Shown here: positions 18,668 to 28,636 of the stretch, piece by piece
Position numbering within the stretch: position 1 is the stretch's first letter
How the letters are laid out: the number at the start of each line of letters is the position of its first letter
Assembly: GCA_965248265.1 (NCBI GenBank)
Contig: CBDFJF010000001.1
Location: 2,976,001-3,040,000, forward strand
DNA: 64,000 nt
DNA from: Candidatus Latescibacterota bacterium
GTDB lineage: Bacteria; Latescibacterota; UBA2968; UBA8231
Direction: 5' to 3'
Position numbers and translations under genes: made by a program
The notes under the pieces: generated by a model
Seen by the model: only the letters and a program-made list of their open reading frames with translations
The model's database searches: none
Told to the model about the DNA's origin: nothing

Positions 18668-19825
18668 TTAACCCTTTTTCAAGGCCAAGAGACGGTACAG
18701 TGCCACGGCGCGGTTTGTCAGTTGTTGGTGCTTTGCGCTTTGTCCTTCGCTGTCCGTACTGGCGAGGTCAACCAACAACCCATGCCTCACCCGCTCGAGT
18801 TCGCGAATGCCCGCATTGGCATCAACGCCGGCGGCGGCAGCCAGCAAGCTGGAGGTGGAGGTTTTATCGGGGGCCCCGGATGTAGTGTGGCGAGAGAGGA
18901 CCAGGGAAGCCAGCGAGGCGAAAAGCGCCAGGCCGAGGGCGACCCACTTGAGAATCCATCGGATCGGACCTGACATCGGCAACGGAATCGTCAGCGTCTG
19001 GGCCCGCGCCAGGTCGTCTACGTGATAGCGGCGATAGTTCTGGTCGTGCAGGGTTACCGGGCCCAAATCGTGAAAGGGAGGACCCAACTCGATGGACGCG
19101 GGCTGTAGGTAGATGTCCAGCCTCTCGGTGTCGTACGGGGCCACGTGGTGGTAGGTCCCGGTGAATTGCGCCAAATCGATTTGAAAGGTAAAGGTGATCA
19201 CTGTACGACCCGGCAGAATCGGGTCGGTGTGAAAGAAGCTGCCGTGCTCGTGAACGAAGGTGCCCGTTTCATTTTGCTGCTGGCCGGCAGTGCGGAAATT
19301 GAAAACACCGTCGGGCAGGCGCAGCTCGGTCACCAGGTTGGTTTCCCCACCTTCATGCACACCGACGAAGGTGGCGTCGCCGGAATTGTGCACCTGCATC
19401 AACTGGGCGACTTCGAGCAGCTCGGTACCTACCGTAAGGAAGAGGTGGTGAGCGGAAGCATCTACTCCTGTCGGGTCAACGGTCGAATCGAAGACCTCCA
19501 GAATCACCTGGCGTTGTTCGCCTACCTCCAGCGTTGAACTGGAGTACGGAGTATCCCGGTAGTAGGCCGTCAGGGAGTACGTGAAGCCGTTGGACAGGAA
19601 CGGACCGGAAAAGGAAAAACGACCTTCCGCATCCGCGGATTTGCGCATCATCTCGGAGAACGTGCCATCCGCGCCGGCTGTCGAAAACCCGATCTCGATG
19701 TTCCCTACACGCTCATCGGTGACCGGATTGACGACGTACCCATCGATGACCTCGGCCGCGCTCGAACCAGATGCAATACTGAGCCACACAACGACGCAAA
19801 GCAGCGCCCGGGCCGACACCCTCAT
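18668..19825 (-). CDS. Uncharacterised exported protein with a C-terminal membrane anchor (ccm cluster)
   Basis: Signal peptide, beta-rich domain (DAEGRFSF, resembling a carboxypeptidase regulatory-like domain), C-terminal TM. Confidence 0.75.
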   Translation of the reverse strand: MRVSARALLCVVVWLSIASGSSAAEVIDGYVVNPVTDERVGNIEIGFSTAGADGTFSEMMRKSADAEGRFSFSGPFLSNGFTYSLTAYYRDTPYSSSTLEVGEQRQVILEVFDSTVDPTGVDASAHHLFLTVGTELLEVAQLMQVHNSGDATFVGVHEGGETNLVTELRLPDGVFNFRTAGQQQNETGTFVHEHGSFFHTDPILPGRTVITFTFQIDLAQFTGTYHHVAPYDTERLDIYLQPASIELGPPFHDLGPVTLHDQNYRRYHVDDLARAQTLTIPLPMSGPIRWILKWVALGLALFASLASLVLSRHTTSGAPDKTSTSSLLAAAAGVDANAGIRELERVRHGLLVDLASTDSEGQSAKHQQLTNRAVALYRLLALKKG

Positions 19826-20274
19826 GCTGAAAACTCAGTACCACACTGGGGGCAGAAACGATGGTCTGCCGACCGCCGGGCTCCACAGCCTCTGCATGAT
19901 TCAGAATCGGCGTTCTCAGTATCAGCCGGCTCCCTGTCCGCCAACAAGGCGACGTCCTGGTCGATCTGCCGCTCTATGGCAGCGCGGTCCCTGTCGTCCC
20001 TGCTCTCGAGCTTGTGTAACAGCGTAACTGCGTCATCCTCCAGCAGACGGCGTTGCTCGGTGTAATCTTCGTCCGCGATCTTGCCGACGGCGCGGTCCAG
20101 TTCAAGCTCCTTGATTGCCGCGTAGACGAGTTCCTTCTGGTGCTGAAGTTCCAGATAGGCGTGCGCGGCAGCGTGCGCGGCTGGCCGGGGCCGCCGCGAC
20201 ACGATGGGTCGGGCAACGAGGTAGAAGAAAGCGAGCAGGAGGAGTGCACAGCTAGCAGAGATAAGAACGGACAT
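19822..20274 (-). CDS. Membrane-anchored zinc-ribbon protein (CcmI N-terminus-like)
   Basis: N-terminal TM, IKELELDRAVGKIADEDY, C-terminal CxxC...FCPQCG. Confidence 0.78.
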   Translation of the reverse strand: MSVLISASCALLLLAFFYLVARPIVSRRPRPAAHAAAHAYLELQHQKELVYAAIKELELDRAVGKIADEDYTEQRRLLEDDAVTLLHKLESRDDRDRAAIERQIDQDVALLADREPADTENADSESCRGCGARRSADHRFCPQCGTEFSA

Positions 20275-20291
20275 AATAATCTACCCTCGAC

Positions 20292-20816
20292 TCACTCGCG
20301 ATCGAACTCGTCGAGTTCTCGTTCCAGCCGCTGGCGGATGGGATTGGCGTCGACCTCCGGCGCGACGGAGCTGACATTCGGGTCCGCAACGGCTTCCCCT
20401 GCAGCGTGGCCCCGGCGCCAGCGCAGTAGCACCTGACGGACCACGAAGACGCCGAAAATCAGCCCGACAAAAGGACCGATCCAGGCCAACAGGGTGTACC
20501 CCCGAGCCGGTGGCGTGGCCAGTGCCCGAAGTCCGAAACGCTCAACGAAGGAATCGACGATCTGTTGATGGGTCTGTCCGGCAGCCAGGGCTTCCCCAAT
20601 TACTTCGCGCTCAGGTACAGCGAAATCGGTACAGATGCAGGTCGCGAGTGATTCACGGTTGCACGAACCACACAGACATACGAGGTCCTTGGCTACCTTT
20701 TTGATCTGCGCCGATGTAATGGGTGCGGGGGCGGCTTCGGCAAAGCCGGGTTGCAGCAAACAACACAATAGTAGCAACCCCGCAGTTCGGCAGATCGATC
20801 GAGCGCCTGTAGTCAT
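20292..20816 (-). CDS. ccmH: Cytochrome c biogenesis protein CcmH
   Basis: LVCLCGSC, IVDSFVERFG..LATPP, then a TM; follows ccmF. Confidence 0.82.
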   Translation of the reverse strand: MTTGARSICRTAGLLLLCCLLQPGFAEAAPAPITSAQIKKVAKDLVCLCGSCNRESLATCICTDFAVPEREVIGEALAAGQTHQQIVDSFVERFGLRALATPPARGYTLLAWIGPFVGLIFGVFVVRQVLLRWRRGHAAGEAVADPNVSSVAPEVDANPIRQRLERELDEFDRE

Positions 20817-22843
20817 CAGGCCGTCGCGGGAGGCAGGGACGCGGATCCCAGGTCCAGGGCCTCTACATCAGCCTGTTTGGACGAAGCCCGTTCCTCTTGG
20901 GCCAATCGGCGATCGCGCGAGGACGGCCACAGACACCAGAGGCTGCCTACGACGAAGAACAGACCGCCGCCCCAGACCCAGTTGATCAGCGGATTCACGT
21001 ACACCTGGAACTTGGCGCTGTTGTCGGTGGCAGCGCCAATCAGGATGAGGTAGAAATCCTCTCTCAGCGTCGAGTAGATGGAGACCTCGGTCGTGTTCTG
21101 ATCAGCGCGCTTGTAGAAATGACGCTCGGGCAGCAGGGTGCAGGCGAACTCGCCGTCGCGGTACAGACTCAAGGCGGCGGCTGATACCGCCACGTTGTCG
21201 TCTTCTCTTTGGGCCAGCGATTCAAACCGCACGGTGTACCCACCGATATGCTCAGATTCGCCATACCCGAGAACGAATTCCTGCTCCATCGTGAAGGCCT
21301 TACCGGCGAAGCCTACGAACAACATGATCATCGACAGGTGTACGAGGTACCCACCGTAACGGCGCCGGCTCTTGCTCAACAGGCCATAGATGCCCTGCAG
21401 GTAGGATTCGCCGGCGTTGCGTTGGCGGGCCGTCGTTCCCCGGTGGAATTCAAGCCCGATGGCAGCGACCACGAAGGCACACAGTGACAGGCAGATCACG
21501 GCGTAGACATCCCGGACCCCGCCAACGATCAGCAAGACGGCCGTTATAGCAGTCAGACTCACCGGCATGGCGAAATTCTGCTTCAGACTCTCCGGTGAGG
21601 TGCGGCGCCACGCGAAAAGGGGGCCCGCCCCAGTCAGAAACAGCAGCACCATGGCGATGGGAATGTTGATCTGATTGAAGAACGGCGCGGAGACGGTGAT
21701 CTTCTCGCCGGTAAACGCTTCGGAGATTACCGGGAACAGGGTGCCCCAAAACACGGCAAACAGCATCCCGATTAGGATCCAGTTGTTCAGCAGAAAAGCA
21801 CTCTCACGGGAGGCCACGGACTCGAGTTTGTGTTCCGCACCCAACAGTGGCCAACGACTGATGAGCAGCCCGACAGTGAGTACCCCCAGCAATACGAGCA
21901 AGGTGACGAAATAGAGTCCAATGTCGGACTGCGCGAACGAATGCACCGAACTCACCAGTCCCGAACGGGTGATGAAGGTGCCGAAGATGGTCAGTCCGTA
22001 GGTCATGAAAACGAGGACTATGTTCCAGACCTTGAGCATCCCCTTGCGTTCCTGGATCATGATTGAATGGAGCAGCGCAGTACCGGCCAACCAGGGCATC
22101 AGCGAGGAGTTCTCGACCGGGTCCCAGCCCCAGTAGCCACCCCACCCCAATTCGACGTAAGCCCACTTGCCGCCCAGCAACAGGCCGAAACCCAGCAACG
22201 CCCATGGGATCAGCAGCCATCGACGGGTGGCGCGCAGCCAGACCACATCGAGTTGCTTGGAGAGCAGGGCGGCGATGGCAAAAGCGAAGGGCACGGAAAG
22301 ACCGACCATGCCCAGGTACAGCAACGGAGGATGTATGGCCATCAACGGGTGCTGGAGTATTGGATTGAGACCGGTTCCGTCAGCGGGCGTGAAAGGCAGT
22401 CTGACGAACGGGTCAGACTCAAACAGGTTCAGTACGACAAAAAACAGATTGGTCCCTGCCATCGTGGCGACGACGTAGGGCATCAGGGTGCGATAGCGAT
22501 GCCGGTTTACGAGAATGACTGCGGCTCCGAACAGCGCGAGCAACCAGCTCCAGAAGAGAATGGAACCGCTCTGACCACCCCACAGCGCAGATATAGTGTA
22601 GAGGAGCGGCATGGCCCGGTTGCTGTTCGAGGCCACGAACTCAACCTGGAAATCATGGGTGAGCAGAGCGTGCCATAAGGCACACATGGACACGGAGAGC
22701 AGACCAAAGAGAAAAAGCGCGGCGTTTTCTCCACTGCGGATCAGCCCAGCATCATTCCTGCGCGCGCCGAGTACGCTGGTGAAAGCGGCGTACCCGGAAG
22801 CGGCCAACGCCAGGCACAGGGCGAAGTAACCGACGTCGATCAT
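20816..22843 (-). CDS. ccmF: Cytochrome c heme lyase CcmF
   Basis: GLNPILQHP, WAYVELGWGGYWGWDPVEN and SVHSF motifs. Confidence 0.96.
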   Translation of the reverse strand: MIDVGYFALCLALAASGYAAFTSVLGARRNDAGLIRSGENAALFLFGLLSVSMCALWHALLTHDFQVEFVASNSNRAMPLLYTISALWGGQSGSILFWSWLLALFGAAVILVNRHRYRTLMPYVVATMAGTNLFFVVLNLFESDPFVRLPFTPADGTGLNPILQHPLMAIHPPLLYLGMVGLSVPFAFAIAALLSKQLDVVWLRATRRWLLIPWALLGFGLLLGGKWAYVELGWGGYWGWDPVENSSLMPWLAGTALLHSIMIQERKGMLKVWNIVLVFMTYGLTIFGTFITRSGLVSSVHSFAQSDIGLYFVTLLVLLGVLTVGLLISRWPLLGAEHKLESVASRESAFLLNNWILIGMLFAVFWGTLFPVISEAFTGEKITVSAPFFNQINIPIAMVLLFLTGAGPLFAWRRTSPESLKQNFAMPVSLTAITAVLLIVGGVRDVYAVICLSLCAFVVAAIGLEFHRGTTARQRNAGESYLQGIYGLLSKSRRRYGGYLVHLSMIMLFVGFAGKAFTMEQEFVLGYGESEHIGGYTVRFESLAQREDDNVAVSAAALSLYRDGEFACTLLPERHFYKRADQNTTEVSIYSTLREDFYLILIGAATDNSAKFQVYVNPLINWVWGGGLFFVVGSLWCLWPSSRDRRLAQEERASSKQADVEALDLGSASLPPATA

Positions 22844-23274
22844 CGTTCCATTGCTTCGACGTGATCCTCGTAGTTTTGACCCTCGTACTTCGAGGGACAC
22901 TTGGCGAATACGACTTCAGCATCGAAGCGACTCTGGTCGGCGTCGAACTCACCCTCGAGTACCACCAGAGCGTTATCCTGGAAGGTGTCCGGGAGTACGG
23001 CGTTTCCCTTGTAGTGGACGGACAAGGTGCGCTCGCCATCCGAAACCTGGAACTGCGGCCGGTGGCGGTAGGTGTCCCATTGAATCGAGCCTTCAACGAC
23101 AGTACAGCCGCCCAACTGGATGCGTCCGGCCGCATTGGACGCCTCGACTTGCTCCAACAACATCGGCAGGGTCATATGACGGGCAGCAGACTGTTGAACG
23201 CTACTGACGAGAAGGAATACCAGACAGGCCACGATGACAAGGGATCCGGCTACGAAGCGATACTGTTTCATCAA
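22840..23274 (-). CDS. ccmE: Heme chaperone CcmE, Cys-type
   Basis: N-terminal TM, LPDTF, AKCPSKY (CxxxY rather than HxxxY). Confidence 0.9.
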   Translation of the reverse strand: MMKQYRFVAGSLVIVACLVFLLVSSVQQSAARHMTLPMLLEQVEASNAAGRIQLGGCTVVEGSIQWDTYRHRPQFQVSDGERTLSVHYKGNAVLPDTFQDNALVVLEGEFDADQSRFDAEVVFAKCPSKYEGQNYEDHVEAMER

Positions 23275-23332
23275 TAATTAGTCCATGGAAGAGATGGAGA
23301 GACCGTCAGAGGCTACACCGAGAATCTGCCTA

Positions 23333-24553
23333 TTAGGTGATCCGTTCGCAAACGAATGCATGAGGCCGTTGGGCGATACGTGTCAATATCAAGGTGACGG
23401 AGCGAGAGGCAGCACCGTCTCGTTCACGCTTGCGGGGTTTAACCCCAAGCAACCTTCGCATCTCCTCCGGCTCGATCGGAAAATGCCTTTTCTTGATTTC
23501 TTCAGCTCGCAGACCGTGCTGGGACAGGCTCCGCTTCAGGTTCTTGATGTTGAATGGCATGTCCCACAAAACGCGAAAGACCTGAGCGAACGGCGAGACG
23601 GCTCCACTGTCACTGGTCAGATAGGCAGTGCCCGGGTCCAACTTCCAGGCGTCGAGTTGGGTGGCAAGGCGATCGATCAATCCAGCCCGAACGACTGAAG
23701 GGTCAGGATCGTGAAGGTAGGCGCCCGGCGAGTCCACGACTGAAGCCGGCCCCCGCGTGGCATCCTCCTCGAGAAAATGGGGTCCGGGCAACACCGTCGC
23801 TCTCCGGTGGACGCGTGCCAGCGGTGGGAAGGACAGGAGGGCTTCACGGCATTGGCCATCGGAGGAGATGAATTCGACTTCGGCATCGCCCGGCAGGTCC
23901 CCCGAGCGGATTCCCGGAGCCAGCTTGACCGCAACCAAGGGGATTGTACGGCGCAGTTTCTCCAGGCTGGAGAGGGGCGGGCAATACGCCTCAGCGGCGC
24001 GTACGCGGCGCCCTGACTGCCTTCTGGCTGGATCGACGAAGGCTGCCTCGACCTGTGCACTGAAGCCGCCGGCATCGCCGCGAACGAACAAGACACGGTC
24101 GGTATCCAAGCCTATGGCGGCCCCATTCATGCGCGCCATTTCGAGCCGCAGCGGGTCCGTGTCCACGGCAATTACTCGACTGTGGGCGGCCAACGCCAGG
24201 GTGTCACCACCGATTCCGCAACACAAGTCCACCACGGAGTCACATCCGGCGAAACGGGTGGCTCGATAACGCGCCACCTCCTCGCGTGTGGCCATCTCCA
24301 GACCCTCACGATCGAAATACATGTGCATGGCATGGGAGAATTTCTCGCGCGCATGCAATCTCAGCTCGATCGTCGCGATGGCGGCCCGGCACATGGCGGC
24401 TGGAAACTCGGCGCGCAGTCGCTCCTGCAGTTGAAGTTGTGACTGCAGTCGTCCTCCCGGATCCGTTTCCCGCGCGGCCGCTTCGAGCAGGCGCTGACCT
24501 TGCGGTTGCCGGAAAAAGGCCAGGGCCGCTGAATCGACCGGGTCCGGATTCAC
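23333..24553 (-). CDS. SAM-dependent methyltransferase with a THUMP-like C-terminal domain
   Basis: DLCCGIGGD, FVDPARR and VKLAPG motifs. Confidence 0.82.
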   Translation of the reverse strand: MNPDPVDSAALAFFRQPQGQRLLEAAARETDPGGRLQSQLQLQERLRAEFPAAMCRAAIATIELRLHAREKFSHAMHMYFDREGLEMATREEVARYRATRFAGCDSVVDLCCGIGGDTLALAAHSRVIAVDTDPLRLEMARMNGAAIGLDTDRVLFVRGDAGGFSAQVEAAFVDPARRQSGRRVRAAEAYCPPLSSLEKLRRTIPLVAVKLAPGIRSGDLPGDAEVEFISSDGQCREALLSFPPLARVHRRATVLPGPHFLEEDATRGPASVVDSPGAYLHDPDPSVVRAGLIDRLATQLDAWKLDPGTAYLTSDSGAVSPFAQVFRVLWDMPFNIKNLKRSLSQHGLRAEEIKKRHFPIEPEEMRRLLGVKPRKRERDGAASRSVTLILTRIAQRPHAFVCERIT

Positions 24554-25698
24554 ACTTCGAGAAACTTTGGGTAGGTGGTCAGGTTGGTGCAGCCGTCGTC
24601 TTGTACGAGGACGACATCCTCGATGCGGACTCCGCCCTGATCGAGGTAGTAGAGCCCGGGCTCGACGGTGACAACATGCCCCGTTTCCAGGATTTCTTCT
24701 CGAGTGCCGATACTCGGCTCCTCGTGAATATCGAGTCCCAGGCCGTGCCCGGTGCCGTGAAAGAAGCCCTGGAAACGTCCCTCCTTCTCCCCTGTCTCAA
24801 AACCTCTCCTCGTGAACACGTCGGCGACAGCTCGATGAATCTGTTGGCCATCGGCTCCGGCGCGAATGGATGCCAATGCCTCCAGTTGGGCCTCGAGTAC
24901 TGCGTCGTACTGTCTCAGCAACCCGTCGGTGGGCTGGCCCTTGACCACGGTGCGGGTGATGTCGCCGAAGTAACCGCTGGTCGCGGATCGCGGAAAGATA
25001 TCGATGATGATGGGGAGCCGTTCGCGCAGCGGTCCGTACCCCTGTTGGTGGGGGTCGCATCCCTGTTCGCCGCAGGCCACGATCGTATGCTGAGCATTGT
25101 ATTCCAGCTCCAGCAAGGCGCGATGCATCAGAAACCGCACACGCTGTGAGGTGAGTACCTCGCCCTCGAGAACCAGCTGTCCGTCTGCGTCCACCCCGGC
25201 GGCTCGAATCGCATCCACAGCGATATCCATCGCGGCCTCGGATGCCTTCAGGGCAGAGCGGATGCTTTCGACCTCCGCAGGGCTTTTGCGGGCTCGCTGC
25301 GGCAGCGCTGGCGCCGGTACCACTCTCAAGTCGAATCCGTTGGAGCGCAGAAAGTCGGCAGCGCCGACAGGGAAATCCTCGGCAACCCGCACGGCGTGAA
25401 GCTCCAATTCCCGCAGCATCACGGCGACACCGGCGAATCGCCGCTGCTGTGAGTCGAGCTCGCCGAGTGTTGCCGCCGCCCGCTCGTTGTACTGGCGCTG
25501 GGACAGCACCTCGTCGACGTCGGCCTGAGTACGGGCCCGGTCGTACTCCAGGTCGCTGATCAACACCCGGCGTGTTTGCTGGGTGCAGACGAAGAAAAAC
25601 GGGTCAGGGGCGTGGAAGCGGGTAGCGTAAAACAGATCGGAGTTGCGCTCGGTGTCACCGTAGAGGAGCAGGCCTTCCCCATCATCCAGTTCGATCAT
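24550..25698 (-). CDS. Xaa-Pro aminopeptidase (M24 family)
   Basis: GYFGDITRT, HGTGHGLGLDIHE, TVEPGLY and GVRIED motifs. Confidence 0.93.
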   Translation of the reverse strand: MIELDDGEGLLLYGDTERNSDLFYATRFHAPDPFFFVCTQQTRRVLISDLEYDRARTQADVDEVLSQRQYNERAAATLGELDSQQRRFAGVAVMLRELELHAVRVAEDFPVGAADFLRSNGFDLRVVPAPALPQRARKSPAEVESIRSALKASEAAMDIAVDAIRAAGVDADGQLVLEGEVLTSQRVRFLMHRALLELEYNAQHTIVACGEQGCDPHQQGYGPLRERLPIIIDIFPRSATSGYFGDITRTVVKGQPTDGLLRQYDAVLEAQLEALASIRAGADGQQIHRAVADVFTRRGFETGEKEGRFQGFFHGTGHGLGLDIHEEPSIGTREEILETGHVVTVEPGLYYLDQGGVRIEDVVLVQDDGCTNLTTYPKFLEV

Positions 25699-27110
25699 TC
25701 ACCAACCTCGAAGGAGCGCACATCCACGCCCCCCTGTTGACGCCAGAGCCAAAAGAACGAGGACTTGCCACGCTCGAGTTGCGCCAGCACGCGCAGAAAA
25801 TGCTCCCGCGAAAAAATCAATTGCTCATCGACTTCGGTGATGACGTCGTTCACCTGGACACCCTTGGTCGCCGCCGGGCTCCCCGGGTGAACGGCTGTTA
25901 CGACCACGGCGTATTCTCCTTCCTCGAAGCCCATATCAGTGGCGATCTCATCGGTGAACCCGAGTCTGGTGCCGTGGTGCCCCGAGAGTGACCGGACATC
26001 CAAACCAAGGCCGGCAAGCATTTGCCGGCCCTGGTCAAGCAGTCTGTCTTCTTCACGCTCGCCCAGAACCACAGAGACTTCCAGCTGGGCGCTGTCTCGG
26101 AGTACGGTCAATCGCACCAGCTCACCCGGGTCCCGCGCATAGATGGCCGTCTGGACTTCATTGGGATGATCGACCCTGACATCCTCGACGCTGAGCACCA
26201 CGTCGCCGCGCTGAAGGCCGGCGCGCTCGGCTGGTGTTGAGGGAAAAATCTCCGTCAGAAAGACACCGGCGGGCACACTGGTCCCGGTCGACAGGGTTTT
26301 AGATCTACTGAGCGCCTCGGGGAGTGATTGAGTCGCGGATTCCGGAGCAAGATCGATGGGCACGGCAAAGCCGTAGCCGATGAACCAGTTCGCGTGAGTG
26401 GCAATGGCCGTGTTCACGCCTACGACCTGACCGCGAAGGTTGAGCAGCGGGCCACCGGAGTTGCCACGATTGATGGCTGCATTGGTCTGGATGAAACTCT
26501 CGATGCTGTACTCGGCTCGCAGGATGCTGGCCTCCCTGCCCAGGGCGCTGACAATTCCATGGGTCAGGGTAGATCCCATCCCCAGCGGGTGGCCGATAGC
26601 GAGGACCCAATCCCCGATCCGCAGCACGCTGGCATCCCCCAGCGGGGCTGCCGGTGGCAGGTTGGCGGCCTCAATCTTGAGAACGGCGATGTCGATGAGT
26701 GAATCGAAGCCGACGATTTCGGCCGCAAAACTGCGCTGGTCCGACAGCGTCACTCGAATCGAGTCGGATGAGGCGACGACATGGTAGTTACTCAAGATGT
26801 AGCCAGCCTCGTCAACGAGCGTGCCTGAGCCGATGAATTCGCTGCCGCCCCGCTCGGGGGGGAGATCATCGCCACGGGGACGAAACTGCTCCGGAATCGG
26901 CGGGTGAAAGGCAGGCAGGGCGTTGCGTCCAGGCCGGGCACGGACCAGGACCACGGCGGGAGCCACGCGCTCGTAGGCGTCGCGAAAGGCCGAACTGAGG
27001 TGCTCGAGGACTTCGATGTGGTCGGTGGTTTCGGTGACCGCAACGGATGGGTTGGCGAGGACGGGGAGCACTCCCGCGCCCACCAGGAGTTGCTTCAGGA
27101 GCGGTTTCAT
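25695..27110 (-). CDS. HtrA/DegP-family serine protease with two PDZ domains
   Basis: Catalytic triad motifs NYHVV, DIAVL and GNSGGPL; PDZ motifs TPAERAGLQRGD and SPAATKGVQVND. Confidence 0.9.
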   Translation of the reverse strand: MKPLLKQLLVGAGVLPVLANPSVAVTETTDHIEVLEHLSSAFRDAYERVAPAVVLVRARPGRNALPAFHPPIPEQFRPRGDDLPPERGGSEFIGSGTLVDEAGYILSNYHVVASSDSIRVTLSDQRSFAAEIVGFDSLIDIAVLKIEAANLPPAAPLGDASVLRIGDWVLAIGHPLGMGSTLTHGIVSALGREASILRAEYSIESFIQTNAAINRGNSGGPLLNLRGQVVGVNTAIATHANWFIGYGFAVPIDLAPESATQSLPEALSRSKTLSTGTSVPAGVFLTEIFPSTPAERAGLQRGDVVLSVEDVRVDHPNEVQTAIYARDPGELVRLTVLRDSAQLEVSVVLGEREEDRLLDQGRQMLAGLGLDVRSLSGHHGTRLGFTDEIATDMGFEEGEYAVVVTAVHPGSPAATKGVQVNDVITEVDEQLIFSREHFLRVLAQLERGKSSFFWLWRQQGGVDVRSFEVGE

Positions 27111-28624
27111 TTGAGTCCGTATTCGTCGAGTTTTCGATACAGCGTGCGCACGCCGATGCCGAGTTTTTTCGCCGCCATCTTGCGGTTGCCGTCGACCTGG
27201 TCCAGCGCCAGTTCAATTGCCTCCCGCTCCAGATCCTTGAGCGGTTTGACGCCATCCTCGGCCACGGCGAAGGCTTCTGCCTCGGTTGCCACGAACGGAG
27301 TTTCCCTTACTTCCTCCTCAGGCCGGTGCCAGACCGGACGAGGCGTGGAGGCGGGCACGCGTTGCTCGATCATCTGTTTCAGATCCGACACCTCCCGTTT
27401 CAAGTCGAGGAGGGCAAAGTAGATGAGCTCCCGTTCTGACTGGTCCGGTGTCTTCGACGTCGGCACCGGCAGATGTCTCTCGGAGTCGGGTGCCAGCTCT
27501 AGGTGCGGGATGAGGTCAGCCGGTTCGACTTCCACGTCCGGACCCAGGAAAACGAGGCTTTCCACCAGGTTGCGCAACTCGCGGACGTTGCCGGGCCAGT
27601 TGTAGTCTTCGAGCACCCGCATGGCCGCCGCCGAAAACCCCTTGAATCGGTGCCGGCCGTTCTGTCGAGGGATGGTGCTGTTGAAATGGTCGATGAGCGG
27701 TGCGATGTCCTCAGGATGTCGCCGCAACGGCGGGATACTCAACTCGACCACTTTGAGTCGGTGGTAGAGATCCCGGCGAAAGTGTCCTTCTGACACGGCT
27801 AGCTGCAAGTCGCGGTTGGTGGCGGCGATGACGCGCACATCGACAGGGGTTGGAGAAGAGCCCCCTACCCGGGTGACCTCACGCTGCTCGAGCACCCGCA
27901 ACAGGCGCACCTGGGCAGCCAGCGGCATCTCCCCGATTTCATCCAGAAACACCGTGCCTCCGTGAGCCTGCTCGAAGATCCCCAGGTGTTGGCTGCGGGC
28001 GTCGGTAAAGGCACCCTTCTCGTGTCCGAAGAGCTCGTTCTCGATAAGATTCTCCGGAATGGCGGCGCAGTTTACTGCCCGGAACGGTTTCTGATCGCGT
28101 TGCGAATAATGATGGAGCGCGAGAGCGGCGACGTCCTTTCCCGTGCCGCTCTCCCCACTGATAAGGACGGTCACCGGGGTGGGGGCAATCAGTAGAATGC
28201 GATCGCGCAATTCTTGAATGAGCTCGGAGTTGCCCACCAAGCGCTCGTGCAGAAACGCCGCCTTTTCCAGCAGCTCGTTCGCGGCCGAACTCACGGCAGG
28301 AACCGTGAAGGGAGATTCGACTACCGCCTCGAGAGGATTCCCGCGCGACAGCTGATCCCAATCGTCAGTCCGGGAAGCCAATACGACGACAGGGAGGTGG
28401 CGGCGTTCGCCGACGATGGCCGCAACCGCAGTGAGCATCTTGTCAGGCAATGAGAGGTCGATGACGACGAGATCGGCTCCCCGATCCAGAACCGGGGGCA
28501 GCAAGGCGGCCTCACGCACGTCAATGACCTGCCGGCCCCGACCGCTGTCGAGTGCCTCTCGAATCAGCTGAGTCAGCAGTGGATCCTGACTTAGCAATAC
28601 GAAACGAAGTTTTTTCTGTGGCAT
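27107..28624 (-). CDS. Sigma54-dependent enhancer-binding protein (degenerate receiver, AAA+, Fis HTH)
   Basis: GESGTGK, ELFGHEKGAFTDA, FLDEIGEM, WPGNVREL and LGIGVRTLYRKL motifs. Confidence 0.93.
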   Translation of the reverse strand: MPQKKLRFVLLSQDPLLTQLIREALDSGRGRQVIDVREAALLPPVLDRGADLVVIDLSLPDKMLTAVAAIVGERRHLPVVVLASRTDDWDQLSRGNPLEAVVESPFTVPAVSSAANELLEKAAFLHERLVGNSELIQELRDRILLIAPTPVTVLISGESGTGKDVAALALHHYSQRDQKPFRAVNCAAIPENLIENELFGHEKGAFTDARSQHLGIFEQAHGGTVFLDEIGEMPLAAQVRLLRVLEQREVTRVGGSSPTPVDVRVIAATNRDLQLAVSEGHFRRDLYHRLKVVELSIPPLRRHPEDIAPLIDHFNSTIPRQNGRHRFKGFSAAAMRVLEDYNWPGNVRELRNLVESLVFLGPDVEVEPADLIPHLELAPDSERHLPVPTSKTPDQSERELIYFALLDLKREVSDLKQMIEQRVPASTPRPVWHRPEEEVRETPFVATEAEAFAVAEDGVKPLKDLEREAIELALDQVDGNRKMAAKKLGIGVRTLYRKLDEYGLK

Positions 28625-28636
28625 GATAGTACTGAG

